Source: Chloroflexota bacterium (GTDB lineage Bacteria > Chloroflexota > Limnocylindria > P2-11E). From it: a stretch of 64,000 bases of DNA. The translations under genes and the position numbers were made by a program. The stretch lies in contig VBDU01000071.1 of NCBI GenBank assembly GCA_005883625.1, forward strand, positions 17,233-81,232. The letters run 5' to 3'. Below, piece by piece: positions 44,523 through 53,421 of the stretch (the stretch's first letter is position 1; each line of letters starts with the position of its first letter). The notes under the pieces are model-generated. The model was not told where the DNA came from. It worked only from the letters and a program-made list of their open reading frames with translations, and did no database searches.

Positions 44523-45335
44523 TTAGAGGACCTTCGCGAGGACGAGCATGACGACGAGCGCGGCGAGCGCGAGGCGGTAGAAGACGAAGACGGTGAGCGG
44601 GTGGCCGCGCAGGAAGCTCATCATGAACGCGATCGCGATCCAGCCGCAGACGAACGACGTGGCGAACCCGATGACCGCGAGCTGCGGGACCGTGAGGAGC
44701 TCGGCGGCGGTCCGCGAGTCCACGAGGGTCTTGACTCCGGCCCCAACGATGACCGGGGTCGCGAGCAGGAAGCTGAACCGCGTCGCCTCGAAGCGATGGA
44801 GGTCGCGCGTGAGGCCGGCCGAGATCGTGATCCCCGACCGCGAGATGCCGGGCACGAGCGCGATCGCCTGCGCGATCCCCATGAAGAGCGCGTCGCGCAG
44901 GCCAAGCTCGCCGATCCACCGGCGTTGATGCGCCATCCGCTCCGCCACGATGAAGATGACGGATCCGATCACGAGCCCGAGAACGATGACGATCGGCCTT
45001 CGCAGCTCGCGCTCGATCCACGACTCGAAGAGCACGCCCGCGAGCGCGGCGGGAAGCGTCCCGATCACGATGAGGGAGATCAGCCGCCACCGGCCGCGGA
45101 CGAGGTCCGCGAGCAGACCGAGCCAGGTCGTGAAGAAGTAGATGAACACCGCGAGCGCCGTTCCCAGATGCAACGCGACGTCGAACGAGAGACCGTAGCG
45201 CTTCGGATCGAGATGGAGCACGTCGGTCACCAGGATGAGGTGAGCGGTCGAGCTCACCGGCAGGAACTCGGTCAGCCCCTGGACGATCCCCAGGAGCACC
45301 GCGGCGATGACGTCGTCGGAGACCGGGAGGTTCAT
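44523..45335 (-). CDS. uppP: undecaprenyl-diphosphate phosphatase
   Basis: BacA/UppP motifs (GL.QGL.EFLPVSS.AH, SRSG.TI). Confidence 0.9.
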   Translation of the reverse strand: MNLPVSDDVIAAVLLGIVQGLTEFLPVSSTAHLILVTDVLHLDPKRYGLSFDVALHLGTALAVFIYFFTTWLGLLADLVRGRWRLISLIVIGTLPAALAGVLFESWIERELRRPIVIVLGLVIGSVIFIVAERMAHQRRWIGELGLRDALFMGIAQAIALVPGISRSGITISAGLTRDLHRFEATRFSFLLATPVIVGAGVKTLVDSRTAAELLTVPQLAVIGFATSFVCGWIAIAFMMSFLRGHPLTVFVFYRLALAALVVMLVLAKVL

Positions 45336-46264
45336 CGCATCGCCCCTCGCGCCGCGGTCAGGGCCTCACGGCCCTCGCGATCGTGCTCGCGGACGATCTC
45401 GAGGTTCTTCGCCCAGGCCCGCCGGTGTCCGACATCGAGGAAGCGCATCGCGGTCCCTCCAGCGAATTCGCCGAGGCCGCCCTTCGCGGCCGTCTCGGCG
45501 GCGTAACCGTACGACTCCGCGGCACGCAGGAGATCGGCGCCGGGCGCGTTCGGGAAAAGGCCACGGATCGAACGAAGGAAGCGGCCCGCCGCCCGCCGCT
45601 TGTCGACGAGGAGCGCGCGCATCGCATGGTCCGCGAACGCCGCGCTGCCCGCATGCTTCGCGTCGGACCAGCGCGCCTCGTCGCGAACGGCCTCCGCCCA
45701 GCTCGCGAGCGCGCGATCGGTCCCGTCACCCGCGGCGAGCGCCGCGTCGATCCCCTCACGGACGGCGCCGGCGCGGTCGGGCGCCGTCCTGCGGTCGAGG
45801 AAGATCGGCGTTCCGCGCGTTTCGTCCTCGAAGGCCTCCCAGCCGACACGTCGCGGCTCGTCGCCCTTGTCAAAGAACGTGCGCGCGAAGAACGCCGGCG
45901 CGGTCTCGTCGTATCCGATCAGGAGACCGTACTCGGGTGGACCGCCAAGGCCACGCACGAGCGGTGGCAGGCGGGTGTCGATCGCCTCGGCGATCCGTTC
46001 GAGAACAAGAGCGCGCATGTCCTCGTCGAAAGGAGGTGCTACCTCATCGAGACGGACACCCGCCGCGCGCGCCGCGCGATCGCGCGTCGGCGGATCGCTC
46101 GGCGCCGCCGCGAGCGGATCCCAGCCCTCCGCGTCGAGCGAGGTCGTGAAGGCGGCCGCCGAGCAGCCCATGAGCCAGTCATATTCGTTCTCCGTCGCTG
46201 CGGCGAGCGCGGCAGGGAAGGTGCAATCGTGACCCACGCCGAACCGAAGTGGAGCGATCTCCAT
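45332..46264 (-). CDS. hypothetical protein (310 aa)
   Basis: High-GC3 ORF whose stop overlaps the uppP start (ATGA). Family not recognised with confidence. Confidence 0.65.
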   Translation of the reverse strand: MEIAPLRFGVGHDCTFPAALAAATENEYDWLMGCSAAAFTTSLDAEGWDPLAAAPSDPPTRDRAARAAGVRLDEVAPPFDEDMRALVLERIAEAIDTRLPPLVRGLGGPPEYGLLIGYDETAPAFFARTFFDKGDEPRRVGWEAFEDETRGTPIFLDRRTAPDRAGAVREGIDAALAAGDGTDRALASWAEAVRDEARWSDAKHAGSAAFADHAMRALLVDKRRAAGRFLRSIRGLFPNAPGADLLRAAESYGYAAETAAKGGLGEFAGGTAMRFLDVGHRRAWAKNLEIVREHDREGREALTAARGAMR

Positions 46265-46284
46265 GAGCAGGCGGCGGCGTGGAC

Positions 46285-47118
46285 TCAGGCGCCGTTCTCA
46301 CCGAACTCGTGCTTCAGCAGGGTGCACACCTGCAGCGTGACCCACTTGCTCGCGACCTCCCCCGCGGCGTCGATCGCGCGCAGCACGAAGAGGACGTCGG
46401 CCTGGTAGAAGAGCGGGAACGAGAGCTGGCGCCACAGGTAGCTCGGCTCGGTGTCCGTCGGATAGCGGCCCCGTTCCATGCGGAACGAGAGCAGGAACTC
46501 GACCCCGCGCCGGATCATCCGCTCGACCTCTCGGGTGCGCGACGCCTCCGGTAAGGCCGCGAGGCCCCAGACGAGCCGCGCGTAGCCCCAGGCACAGGGC
46601 TTCTCGCCGTTGATCACGCACGCCGCGTCGAACTTCTTCGCGTCGCGAACGAGCCGCTGCACGAGCGGTTCGACCCGCGGGTCCGTCCCATATCCGGCGA
46701 GCGCGAGATAGCGGACGACGCTGCCGGTGAAGCAGGACATGCCGTGGTCGCGCCCCAGGACCCACTCCATCGCGTTCGGGCGCGCCGAGAGGTCCTCGAG
46801 GATCCGGCGCGCGCCGCGCCGAACGCGCGCGTCCGTGGCGTCAACGCCGTACTCGGTGAGAAGCAGGTTCGCCCAGTGGCTGCCCTGGTATTTCGGTCCG
46901 TACATGTTCGTGCCGGGCCAAGCGCCGTCCGCCCGCTGCCGGCCGAGGATCGTCGAGATCGGCGGCGCGCTCATCGCGCGCTGCTGCGCCTCGCGCAGCT
47001 CGGGATCGCGCGGCCCACGGTCGAGCAGCGAACGGAGCGCGAGGGCGCGGACGGCGGGGTCGCGTTTCTCGAGGAGCCACGGGAGCGGATCGGCGTGGAG
47101 GAGAGCGCGCCAGGCCAC
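46285..47118 (-). CDS. prenyltransferase / squalene-oxidase-repeat-like (alpha-alpha toroid) protein
   Basis: QW-type motif RQRADGAWPG and a helical-repeat character. GTG 47116-47118, 1 nt after the pmbA stop. Confidence 0.6.
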   Translation of the reverse strand: MAWRALLHADPLPWLLEKRDPAVRALALRSLLDRGPRDPELREAQQRAMSAPPISTILGRQRADGAWPGTNMYGPKYQGSHWANLLLTEYGVDATDARVRRGARRILEDLSARPNAMEWVLGRDHGMSCFTGSVVRYLALAGYGTDPRVEPLVQRLVRDAKKFDAACVINGEKPCAWGYARLVWGLAALPEASRTREVERMIRRGVEFLLSFRMERGRYPTDTEPSYLWRQLSFPLFYQADVLFVLRAIDAAGEVASKWVTLQVCTLLKHEFGENGA

Positions 47119-47119
47119 G

Positions 47120-48472
47120 CTAGGCCCCTCCGATCGACAGCTCGGAGATCACGAGCGTCGGGCTTCCGAGTCCTCCTGGACCGAAGACGAGGTCGGTGCC
47201 GACACCGACGATCGCGTTCAGCAGATGCGTGAGGTTCCCGGCGATCGTGATCCCCTGCACCGGGAACGCGCGCGCGCCGCGCTCGAGGTAGTTGCCCGTC
47301 GCGCCCAGCGAGAACTCGCCGGACACGGGATCGATCGTGTGCAAGTTGAGGAGCGACGTGATCGCGAGCGCCCGGTCGAGCGCGTTCGTGAGGGCCGCCG
47401 CATCGTCGGTGCCGGCGGCCATGAAGTAGTTCGAGGGGCCGATACGGCTCGGCGAACCATAGCCGCCGCGCCTGGCGTTGCCCGTCGGCTCGACCTTCAT
47501 CTTCCGCGCGGTCTTGAGCGAGGTCAGGTAACCCCGCAGGACACCAGCCTCCACGAGCGTTCGCGTCGTCGTGGCCACGCCCTCGCCGTCGAACGGCGCG
47601 CTGCGCAGGCCCTGCGGCCGGCGGGCGTCGTCGACGATCGTCACTTTCCCGTTGGCGACGCCCTGGCCCACCTTGCCCGCGAAGAGGCTCCGGCCCTTGA
47701 GGACGTTGTCTGCCGAGAAGAGCGGCGCGATCGCGCGCAGGAGGTCCATCGCCATCCACGGGTCGAGGACGATGGGGAGCTTCTGCGTCTTGAACGGCTT
47801 CGGCCCCAGCTTGTCCGTCGCGCGCTCCGCGGCGCGGCGGCCGATGCGCGCGGGGTCGAGCTCGCCGAAGCGGCGGGCCGCCTCGCCGTGGTAGCCGATC
47901 TGCCGCTCGCCGCCCTCCGTGGCGACCGCCGACGTCATCGCGCCCGTGTAGGACTCCCGGTACGTCGCGCGAACGCCCGTCGTAGTCGCGATGATCGTCG
48001 ACGCGACGGCGTGGCTCGCCGTGGTCTTGCGAAAGTGGGTCACGCGGGGATCCGCCTGGCGCGCGGCGGCCTCGACCGCGAGCGCGACCTCGGCGAACTC
48101 ACCGACCGCCCGGTCCTCGAGGCCGCGCTGGAAGATGTCGAGGTCCACGTCGTCGAGCGGCCGCGTGGCGAGGCCGAGGTCCGCGTCGGGCTCGGTGACG
48201 CCGGACATGCGCTTCGCCTGCTCCACACAGGCGACGATGCCCTCCTCGCTCAAGTCGCTCGAATGCGCGAAACCGAGGCGCTGCGCGTCGAGGATGCGGA
48301 CGCCGATGCCGCGCTCGCCGCGCGCGATGACGTTCTCGACCGCGCCGTCCTTGATCTCGACGGATCCGGAGCGCGCTTCCTTGAGGAAGACCTCACCCGC
48401 GCCGACGCCGCTGGCGCCGAGCGCGTCGAGCCCGCGCTCGACGACGGCCTCGTTGCTCATGCGCTCGCTCAT
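47120..48472 (-). CDS. pmbA: PmbA/TldE metalloprotease subunit
   Basis: 450-aa tail of ORF 47120..48685, PmbA_TldD family. ATGA overlap at 48469-48472. Confidence 0.85.
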   Translation of the reverse strand: MSERMSNEAVVERGLDALGASGVGAGEVFLKEARSGSVEIKDGAVENVIARGERGIGVRILDAQRLGFAHSSDLSEEGIVACVEQAKRMSGVTEPDADLGLATRPLDDVDLDIFQRGLEDRAVGEFAEVALAVEAAARQADPRVTHFRKTTASHAVASTIIATTTGVRATYRESYTGAMTSAVATEGGERQIGYHGEAARRFGELDPARIGRRAAERATDKLGPKPFKTQKLPIVLDPWMAMDLLRAIAPLFSADNVLKGRSLFAGKVGQGVANGKVTIVDDARRPQGLRSAPFDGEGVATTTRTLVEAGVLRGYLTSLKTARKMKVEPTGNARRGGYGSPSRIGPSNYFMAAGTDDAAALTNALDRALAITSLLNLHTIDPVSGEFSLGATGNYLERGARAFPVQGITIAGNLTHLLNAIVGVGTDLVFGPGGLGSPTLVISELSIGGA

Positions 48473-49872
48473 TTCAGCTTCCCGCCCACCACGACCGAGG
48501 GGATGCGGATGGTCGGTTGTGCGTCCGCCACCGGCGCGCCCTGCCCGTCTTTGCCGCAGGTGCCGGTCGAGTAGCCGAGGTCCGAGCCGACCATGTCGAT
48601 CTCGCTCATCAGCTTGGGCCCCTGGCCCACCAGCGTCGCACCGCGCAGCGGCTCCGCGAGCTTCCCGTCGCGGATCCGGTAGCACTCGGTGATCTCGAAT
48701 GCGAAGTTCCCGGAAACGACGTCGACCTGGCCACCGCCCATCTTCTTGACGAAGATGCCGTCCTTCACCGAGCGCACGATCTCCGCGGGATCCGACGTGC
48801 CCGGCGCGATCATCGTGTTCGTCATCCGGCAGATCGGCAGGAAGCGGAAGGACTCGCGGCGCGCGTTCCCGCTTCGGGCGATGCCGAGCTTCTCGGCGTG
48901 CTTGCGGTCCGAGAGGTAGCTTCGGAGAACGCCCTTCTCGATGAGGACCGTTCGGTGCGTCGGCGTGCCCTCGTCGTCGATCGCCGCGGTCCCGCGCTTG
49001 TCGGGGTCGGTCCCGTCGTCGATCACCGTGATGAGGTCGCTCGCCACCTTCTCGCCGATCCGGCCCGAGTAGACGGAAAGGCCTTTCAGGTTCAGGTCGG
49101 CCTCGAGGCCGTGGCCGACCGACTCGTGGATGAGCGTCCCGCCCGCTTCGCTCGAAAGGACGACCGTGTACGTACCCGCCGGCGCCGCCTCCGCCCCGAC
49201 GTTGAGCACCGCCCGCCGGGCCGCCATTCGTGCGGCCTCCGCGACGGCCTCGTCGGTCAACATCTCGAACCCGTTCGTCCCGCGGAGCGACTCGAAGCCG
49301 GACTCGAGGACCTCGCCTGCCCTGGCGACGACGTGGATCGCCAGGTTCAGGCGGACGCGCCGGTCGGTGCGGAAAAGGCCGTCGCTATTGGCGACGACGA
49401 CGTCCTGGATGCTCTCGGCGTACGTTGCCGTGACCTGCTGGATCCGCGGATCGAGACCGCGGGCGACCGCGTCGGCACGCCGCAGGAGCGTGACTTTGCG
49501 GCCCACGGGCACGTCGCGGGGATCGATCGCGACGGTGCTGTGGCCGGCGACCTCGTCGGGAACGACGCTCGTCGCGTCATGGAGCTCTCCACCCTCTTCC
49601 ACGCCCCGCGCCGCGCGGCCGGCGAGCGCGATGAGGTCGTCCGCGTCGGCGACGTTCCCGTTCGCGTACGTGGTGCGCTCGCCCGACGTGACCCGGATGC
49701 CCGCGCCCTGATCTAGGCCGCTGATCGCGTCCTCGACGCGACCGTCGTCGAACACGATCTGGAGCGTCTGATGGCGCTCCCAGAAAAGCTCGGCCCATTC
49801 TCCGCCGCGTGAGAGCGCGGTCCGGAGCGCGTGCTCCGCATCGCGCGCGCTCACAGAAGGTCCGCCCGTCAA
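48469..49872 (-). CDS. tldD: TldD metalloprotease
   Basis: HESVGHGLE metal-binding motif, PmbA_TldD family. TTG start (alternative GTG at 49854). Confidence 0.85.
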   Translation of the reverse strand: MTGGPSVSARDAEHALRTALSRGGEWAELFWERHQTLQIVFDDGRVEDAISGLDQGAGIRVTSGERTTYANGNVADADDLIALAGRAARGVEEGGELHDATSVVPDEVAGHSTVAIDPRDVPVGRKVTLLRRADAVARGLDPRIQQVTATYAESIQDVVVANSDGLFRTDRRVRLNLAIHVVARAGEVLESGFESLRGTNGFEMLTDEAVAEAARMAARRAVLNVGAEAAPAGTYTVVLSSEAGGTLIHESVGHGLEADLNLKGLSVYSGRIGEKVASDLITVIDDGTDPDKRGTAAIDDEGTPTHRTVLIEKGVLRSYLSDRKHAEKLGIARSGNARRESFRFLPICRMTNTMIAPGTSDPAEIVRSVKDGIFVKKMGGGQVDVVSGNFAFEITECYRIRDGKLAEPLRGATLVGQGPKLMSEIDMVGSDLGYSTGTCGKDGQGAPVADAQPTIRIPSVVVGGKLK

Positions 49873-49932
49873 CGTGATGGCGATTTGTGCGACCTCCCGC
49901 TCCCCAGAGGAGAGGATCCGATGGTACGACGA

Positions 49933-50340
49933 CTAGTCGCCGATGACAGTTATGGTCGCGTGGCGCTCGCGCGGACCGTCGAGCTCCGCGAAGTAGATGC
50001 CCTGCCACGTGCCGAGGACGAGCTCGCCATCGCGCACGGTCAGCGTCACCGAGCTCCCGACGAGCACCGCTTTCACGTGCGCGGGGCCGTTGCCCTCCGC
50101 ATGGTGGTAGCGCGCGTCGTTCGGGACCGCGCGTTCGAGGGCGGCGAGCACGTCCTTCTGCACGTCAGGGTCGGCGTTCTCGTTCACGAAGACGCCCGCG
50201 GTCGTGTGCGCGACCGAGATCGCACAGATCCCGTCGCGGATCTTCGAGCGCGTGACCGCGGCCTTCACGCGGGACGTGATGTCCACGGTCTCCTGGGTCT
50301 TCGACGTTTCCACCGAGAGCTGCTCGTGCCTGACGGTCAC
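49933..50340 (-). CDS. yjbQ: YjbQ-family (UPF0047) secondary thiamine-phosphate synthase enzyme
   Basis: Motifs DITS.V, AHTTAG and GTWQGI. GTG 50338-50340. The longer ORF version reads into the REP array. Confidence 0.85.
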   Translation of the reverse strand: MTVRHEQLSVETSKTQETVDITSRVKAAVTRSKIRDGICAISVAHTTAGVFVNENADPDVQKDVLAALERAVPNDARYHHAEGNGPAHVKAVLVGSSVTLTVRDGELVLGTWQGIYFAELDGPRERHATITVIGD

Positions 50341-50345
50341 TTCTC

Positions 50346-50509
50346 GTTCATCGCAGGGGCCGGACCCCCTGCAACCCCCTTTCAACGCCGGCTTCGCCAG
50401 TTCATCGCAGGGGGCGGACCCCCTGCAACCCCCCTTTCAACGCCGGCTTCGCCAGTTCATCGCAGGGGGCGGGCCCCCTGCAACCCCCCTTCTAACGCCG
50501 GCTTTGCCG
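50346..50509. repeat. three tandem copies (54-55 bp) of the REP-like element
   Basis: Unit GTTCATCGCAGGGG(G)C(C/G)G(A/G)CCCCCTGCAACCCCC(C)TTTCAACGCCGGCTTCGCCA starts at 50346, 50400 and 50455. Confidence 0.85.
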
Positions 50510-51491
50510 GCGAGTCCATGTGGGCCGCGCGCTCGCCGGCGATCCGGGCGACGAGCGCAGGGGTCGCGTTCCCGCCGCTCACGACGAGGACGACGGTGCG
50601 GCCGCGGACGTCCACTCGCCCGGCGCGCACGGCCGCGAGCGGTGCCGCGCCGGAGGGCTCGACGAGGAGCGAGAGGCGGTCGAGATACTCGTAGGTGGCG
50701 TCCTCCAGCGCGTCGTCGTTCACCGTGACGAGCTGGTCGACGTAGCGGCGCACCAGGTCGACATTGAGCTGGTCCGTGCTCTTCGCGACCAGCTTGTCTG
50801 CGACGCTGTGCGGACTCTCGAGCGTGACCGCATGGCCCGCCCGCGCGGACCGGCCGACGGCGTCGGCACCTTCAGGCTCGACGCCGACGACCCGCACCGG
50901 ACGTGCACGCGATTTGACCGCCAGTGCGATGCCGGAGATGAGCCCGCCCCCTCCCACGGCGACGACCACGAGGTCGGCCGCCGGCAGATCGTCGAGGATC
51001 TCGAGCCCGATCGTCCCCTGGCCGGCGACGATAAGCGGATCGGCGTACGGATGGACGAACGTCTTGCCTTCCTCGCGCTCGATGCGGTGTGCGAGGGCGA
51101 GCGTGTCGTCGTACACGGAGCCTTCGAGGCGCACCTCGGCGCCATACGCGCGGCAGACGCGCACGATCATCTCCGAGACTCCGTTCGGCATCACCACGGT
51201 CGCCGGCGCGCCCAGCGCTGCGGCGGCGAACGCCACGCCCTGGGCGTGACTTCCGGCGGACGCGGCGACGACGCCGCGCTGCCGGGCCGCGGCGTCGAGA
51301 GAGGCGATCTTGTTCAGCGCGCCGCGTACTTTGAACGTCCGCGTCGGCTTGAACGTCTCGATCTTCAGATGGACGTCCGCGCCCAGATCCGCCGACAGCA
51401 GCGGTGAGCGCTCGAGCGGCGCGCGGGGGAGGAAGCGATCGACGACCGCGCGCGCGGCGACGACGTCCGCGAGCCGCACGGCCGGCTCCAT
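50457..51491 (-). CDS. PLP-dependent threonine/serine dehydratase (threonine ammonia-lyase type)
   Basis: PLP-Lys motif TFKVRGA and GGGGLISG. ATG 51489-51491. The last ~17 codons and the stop lie inside REP copy 3. Confidence 0.85.
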   Translation of the reverse strand: MEPAVRLADVVAARAVVDRFLPRAPLERSPLLSADLGADVHLKIETFKPTRTFKVRGALNKIASLDAAARQRGVVAASAGSHAQGVAFAAAALGAPATVVMPNGVSEMIVRVCRAYGAEVRLEGSVYDDTLALAHRIEREEGKTFVHPYADPLIVAGQGTIGLEILDDLPAADLVVVAVGGGGLISGIALAVKSRARPVRVVGVEPEGADAVGRSARAGHAVTLESPHSVADKLVAKSTDQLNVDLVRRYVDQLVTVNDDALEDATYEYLDRLSLLVEPSGAAPLAAVRAGRVDVRGRTVVLVVSGGNATPALVARIAGERAAHMDSPAKPALEGGLQGARPLR

Positions 51492-51596
51492 CGCCGCGAC
51501 GATACTTCGACCATTCGCACTTGGGGCGCAGAGCGCGCCGTTGCGACGTCGCACCTTCGGACCGCCGGGATCGAGACCGCCGCGCTCGATGCCGAC

Positions 51597-52361
51597 GTGC
51601 TGCTCGCGCACATCGCGGGCGTCGAGAAGGAGACGCTCTACGGACATCCCGACACCGAGCTGTCGCGCGGTGCGTGCGAGCGCTACCGGGAGCTCATCGA
51701 CCGTCGCGCCCGCGGCGAGCCGGTCGCATACCTCCGTGGCTGGAAGGAGTTCTACGGCCTCCGCTTCGCGGTGGATCCGCGCGTGCTCATCCCGCGCCCC
51801 GAGACTGAGACGCTCGTCGAGGCCGCACGCGGGCACATCGCCGGCCGCGCCCTCACGGTCGTCGACGTGGGTACGGGGTCGGGTGCGGTCGCCATCGCCA
51901 TCGCGGCGCACGAGCCTCGGGTGAACGTGATCGCGACCGACGTCTCCGCGGACGCGCTCGCCGTGGCGCGCGCGAACGCGCTCTCCAACGGCGTCGCCGA
52001 CCGGATCGAGCTCCGGCAGGGCGATCTCCTAACGCCGCTGACCGCGCCCGTCGAAGTCGTCGTCGCCAACCTGCCGTACCTCAGGCCCGAAGCGCTCGCT
52101 GAGCTGGTCGGCGAGCGCACCTCGCTCGCGTACGAGCCGCGAGTCGCGGTCGTTGCCGGCGCCGACGGACTCTCGCTCCTTCGCCGCGCGATCGCCGAGC
52201 TTCCGCGTGTGCTCGCGCGCGGCGGCGCCGCGTTCTTCGAGGTCGACCCGGCGCAGTCCCGCACGGTCGCCCAGCTCCTCGAGGCCACGCTCGGCGGAGC
52301 CGTCAGATTGACGCGCGACCTCGCCGGGGAGGCGCGCGTGGTCGCCTCGTCGCGCCTCTGA
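51597..52361 (+). CDS. prmC: release-factor N5-glutamine methyltransferase
   Basis: SAM motif VDVGTGSGA and NLPY in place of NPPY. The first canonical start is GTG 51597, but homologous N-terminal coding continues upstream (see findings). Confidence 0.8.
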   Translation: MLLAHIAGVEKETLYGHPDTELSRGACERYRELIDRRARGEPVAYLRGWKEFYGLRFAVDPRVLIPRPETETLVEAARGHIAGRALTVVDVGTGSGAVAIAIAAHEPRVNVIATDVSADALAVARANALSNGVADRIELRQGDLLTPLTAPVEVVVANLPYLRPEALAELVGERTSLAYEPRVAVVAGADGLSLLRRAIAELPRVLARGGAAFFEVDPAQSRTVAQLLEATLGGAVRLTRDLAGEARVVASSRL

Positions 52362-52706
52362 GACCAGTCCGGGTAGCGAGGCCTGCTACAGTGGATCTCT
52401 ACGGCTCCTCCGATAGTGCGGGGTCGCTACGACATCCGCGTTTGGAGGGGCTTGTGCGATTCGGCGGCTTTCCCTGCAGGGTCGATGGATGTGTCAGCTT
52501 GTTCAGCGTCGCGGACAGAACGTCGGTGACGTCGCTCCTCGAGGCGAGCGCCAAACGCTCCGCCCACGAGGAATCCGTTCACAGCTACCGCCACCCGCCG
52601 CCACCCGTCGAGCATCGCGGCTACGCGCCGCGCATTTCCAGGCCAAAACCTAAGACCGCGTGACGTTCGTCGGCGGAGAGTCGGCGGCACGAAGGAGAAG
52701 AGCGAC
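52362..52706 (+). promoter_or_regulatory. long structured leader / promoter region upstream of the cold-shock gene
   Basis: About 345 nt, visibly less GC-biased and without convincing coding signal. Inverted repeat GTAGCGA (52373-52379) / TCGCTAC (52424-52430). SD GAAGGAG precedes ATG 52707. Confidence 0.35.
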
Positions 52707-52913
52707 ATGGCAAAGGGAACCATCAAGAAGCTGGTCGGCGATCGCGGATTCGGCTTCATTCAGCAGGAGGACGGGACCGACCTGTTCTTCCACCGCTCGC
52801 AGGTCATGGGCACCGATTTCGACTCACTGAACGAGGGCCAGGCCGTGAGCTACGAGAAGGCGCGTGACCCGCGGCGGAACAAAGAGAACGCCGAGAAGGT
52901 CACGCCCGCCTAA
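52707..52913 (+). CDS. cold-shock protein (CspA family)
   Basis: RNP motifs GFGFI and FFH. 68 aa with a strong SD. Confidence 0.95.
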   Translation: MAKGTIKKLVGDRGFGFIQQEDGTDLFFHRSQVMGTDFDSLNEGQAVSYEKARDPRRNKENAEKVTPA

Positions 52914-52935
52914 CACCGGTCCCCTGCGCTCCCGC

Positions 52936-53421
52936 GTGCTGCCACCCGGCGAGCGGACGTGGGAGCGCATGCGTGATCGTGCGCTCGCGCTCGAACGCGC
53001 GGAGTGGGGACGGCGCGCCTTCAGCGAACGCGAGATGCGCAGGCAGTTCAGCGCGCCGGCGTCGCTCGTCAGTGGCCTGTGGGAGGGCGATCGGCTCGTC
53101 GGCTTCGCGGTCGCGGGGCCGAGCGAGTGGCACTCGGGCGCGTCGCTCTTCAACGTCCTCATCGATCCGGCCTTCCGCGGTCGGGGCCTGGTGTGGCGGC
53201 TGCTCCGCCCGCTCGAGCGCGTCCTCCGTTTAGCGCGGGCGCGCGCGCTCGTGATCGATGCGCGCATCGACAACGGCTTCGCCGATGCCGTCGAGCGGCA
53301 CTACGGTCCACGGGCGCGCGTGGTGTGGCCGGATCACGACAGTCCGTACGGTCCGCAGCGGACCATCGAGGTGTCGCTCGTGCCGGCTCGACACCACGCG
53401 CGGCCTATCATCGCCTCGTGA
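52936..53421 (+). CDS. GNAT family N-acetyltransferase
   Basis: Motif LIDPAFRGRGLVWRLL. GTG 52936 is the first start after the csp stop. Confidence 0.65.
   Translation: MLPPGERTWERMRDRALALERAEWGRRAFSEREMRRQFSAPASLVSGLWEGDRLVGFAVAGPSEWHSGASLFNVLIDPAFRGRGLVWRLLRPLERVLRLARARALVIDARIDNGFADAVERHYGPRARVVWPDHDSPYGPQRTIEVSLVPARHHARPIIAS

Noticed and set aside
50346-50509. Possible CRISPR array
   Set aside because: The three ~55-bp units are directly adjacent with no unique spacers, no cas genes are present, and the same element occurs singly elsewhere. I treat it as a REP-like tandem array.
52391-52663. 90-aa ORF (and the antisense 110-aa ORF 52427..52759) between prmC and csp
   Set aside because: Weak and mixed third-position GC bias, no SD, and no recognisable family. 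The region fits a csp leader or non-coding RNA better.
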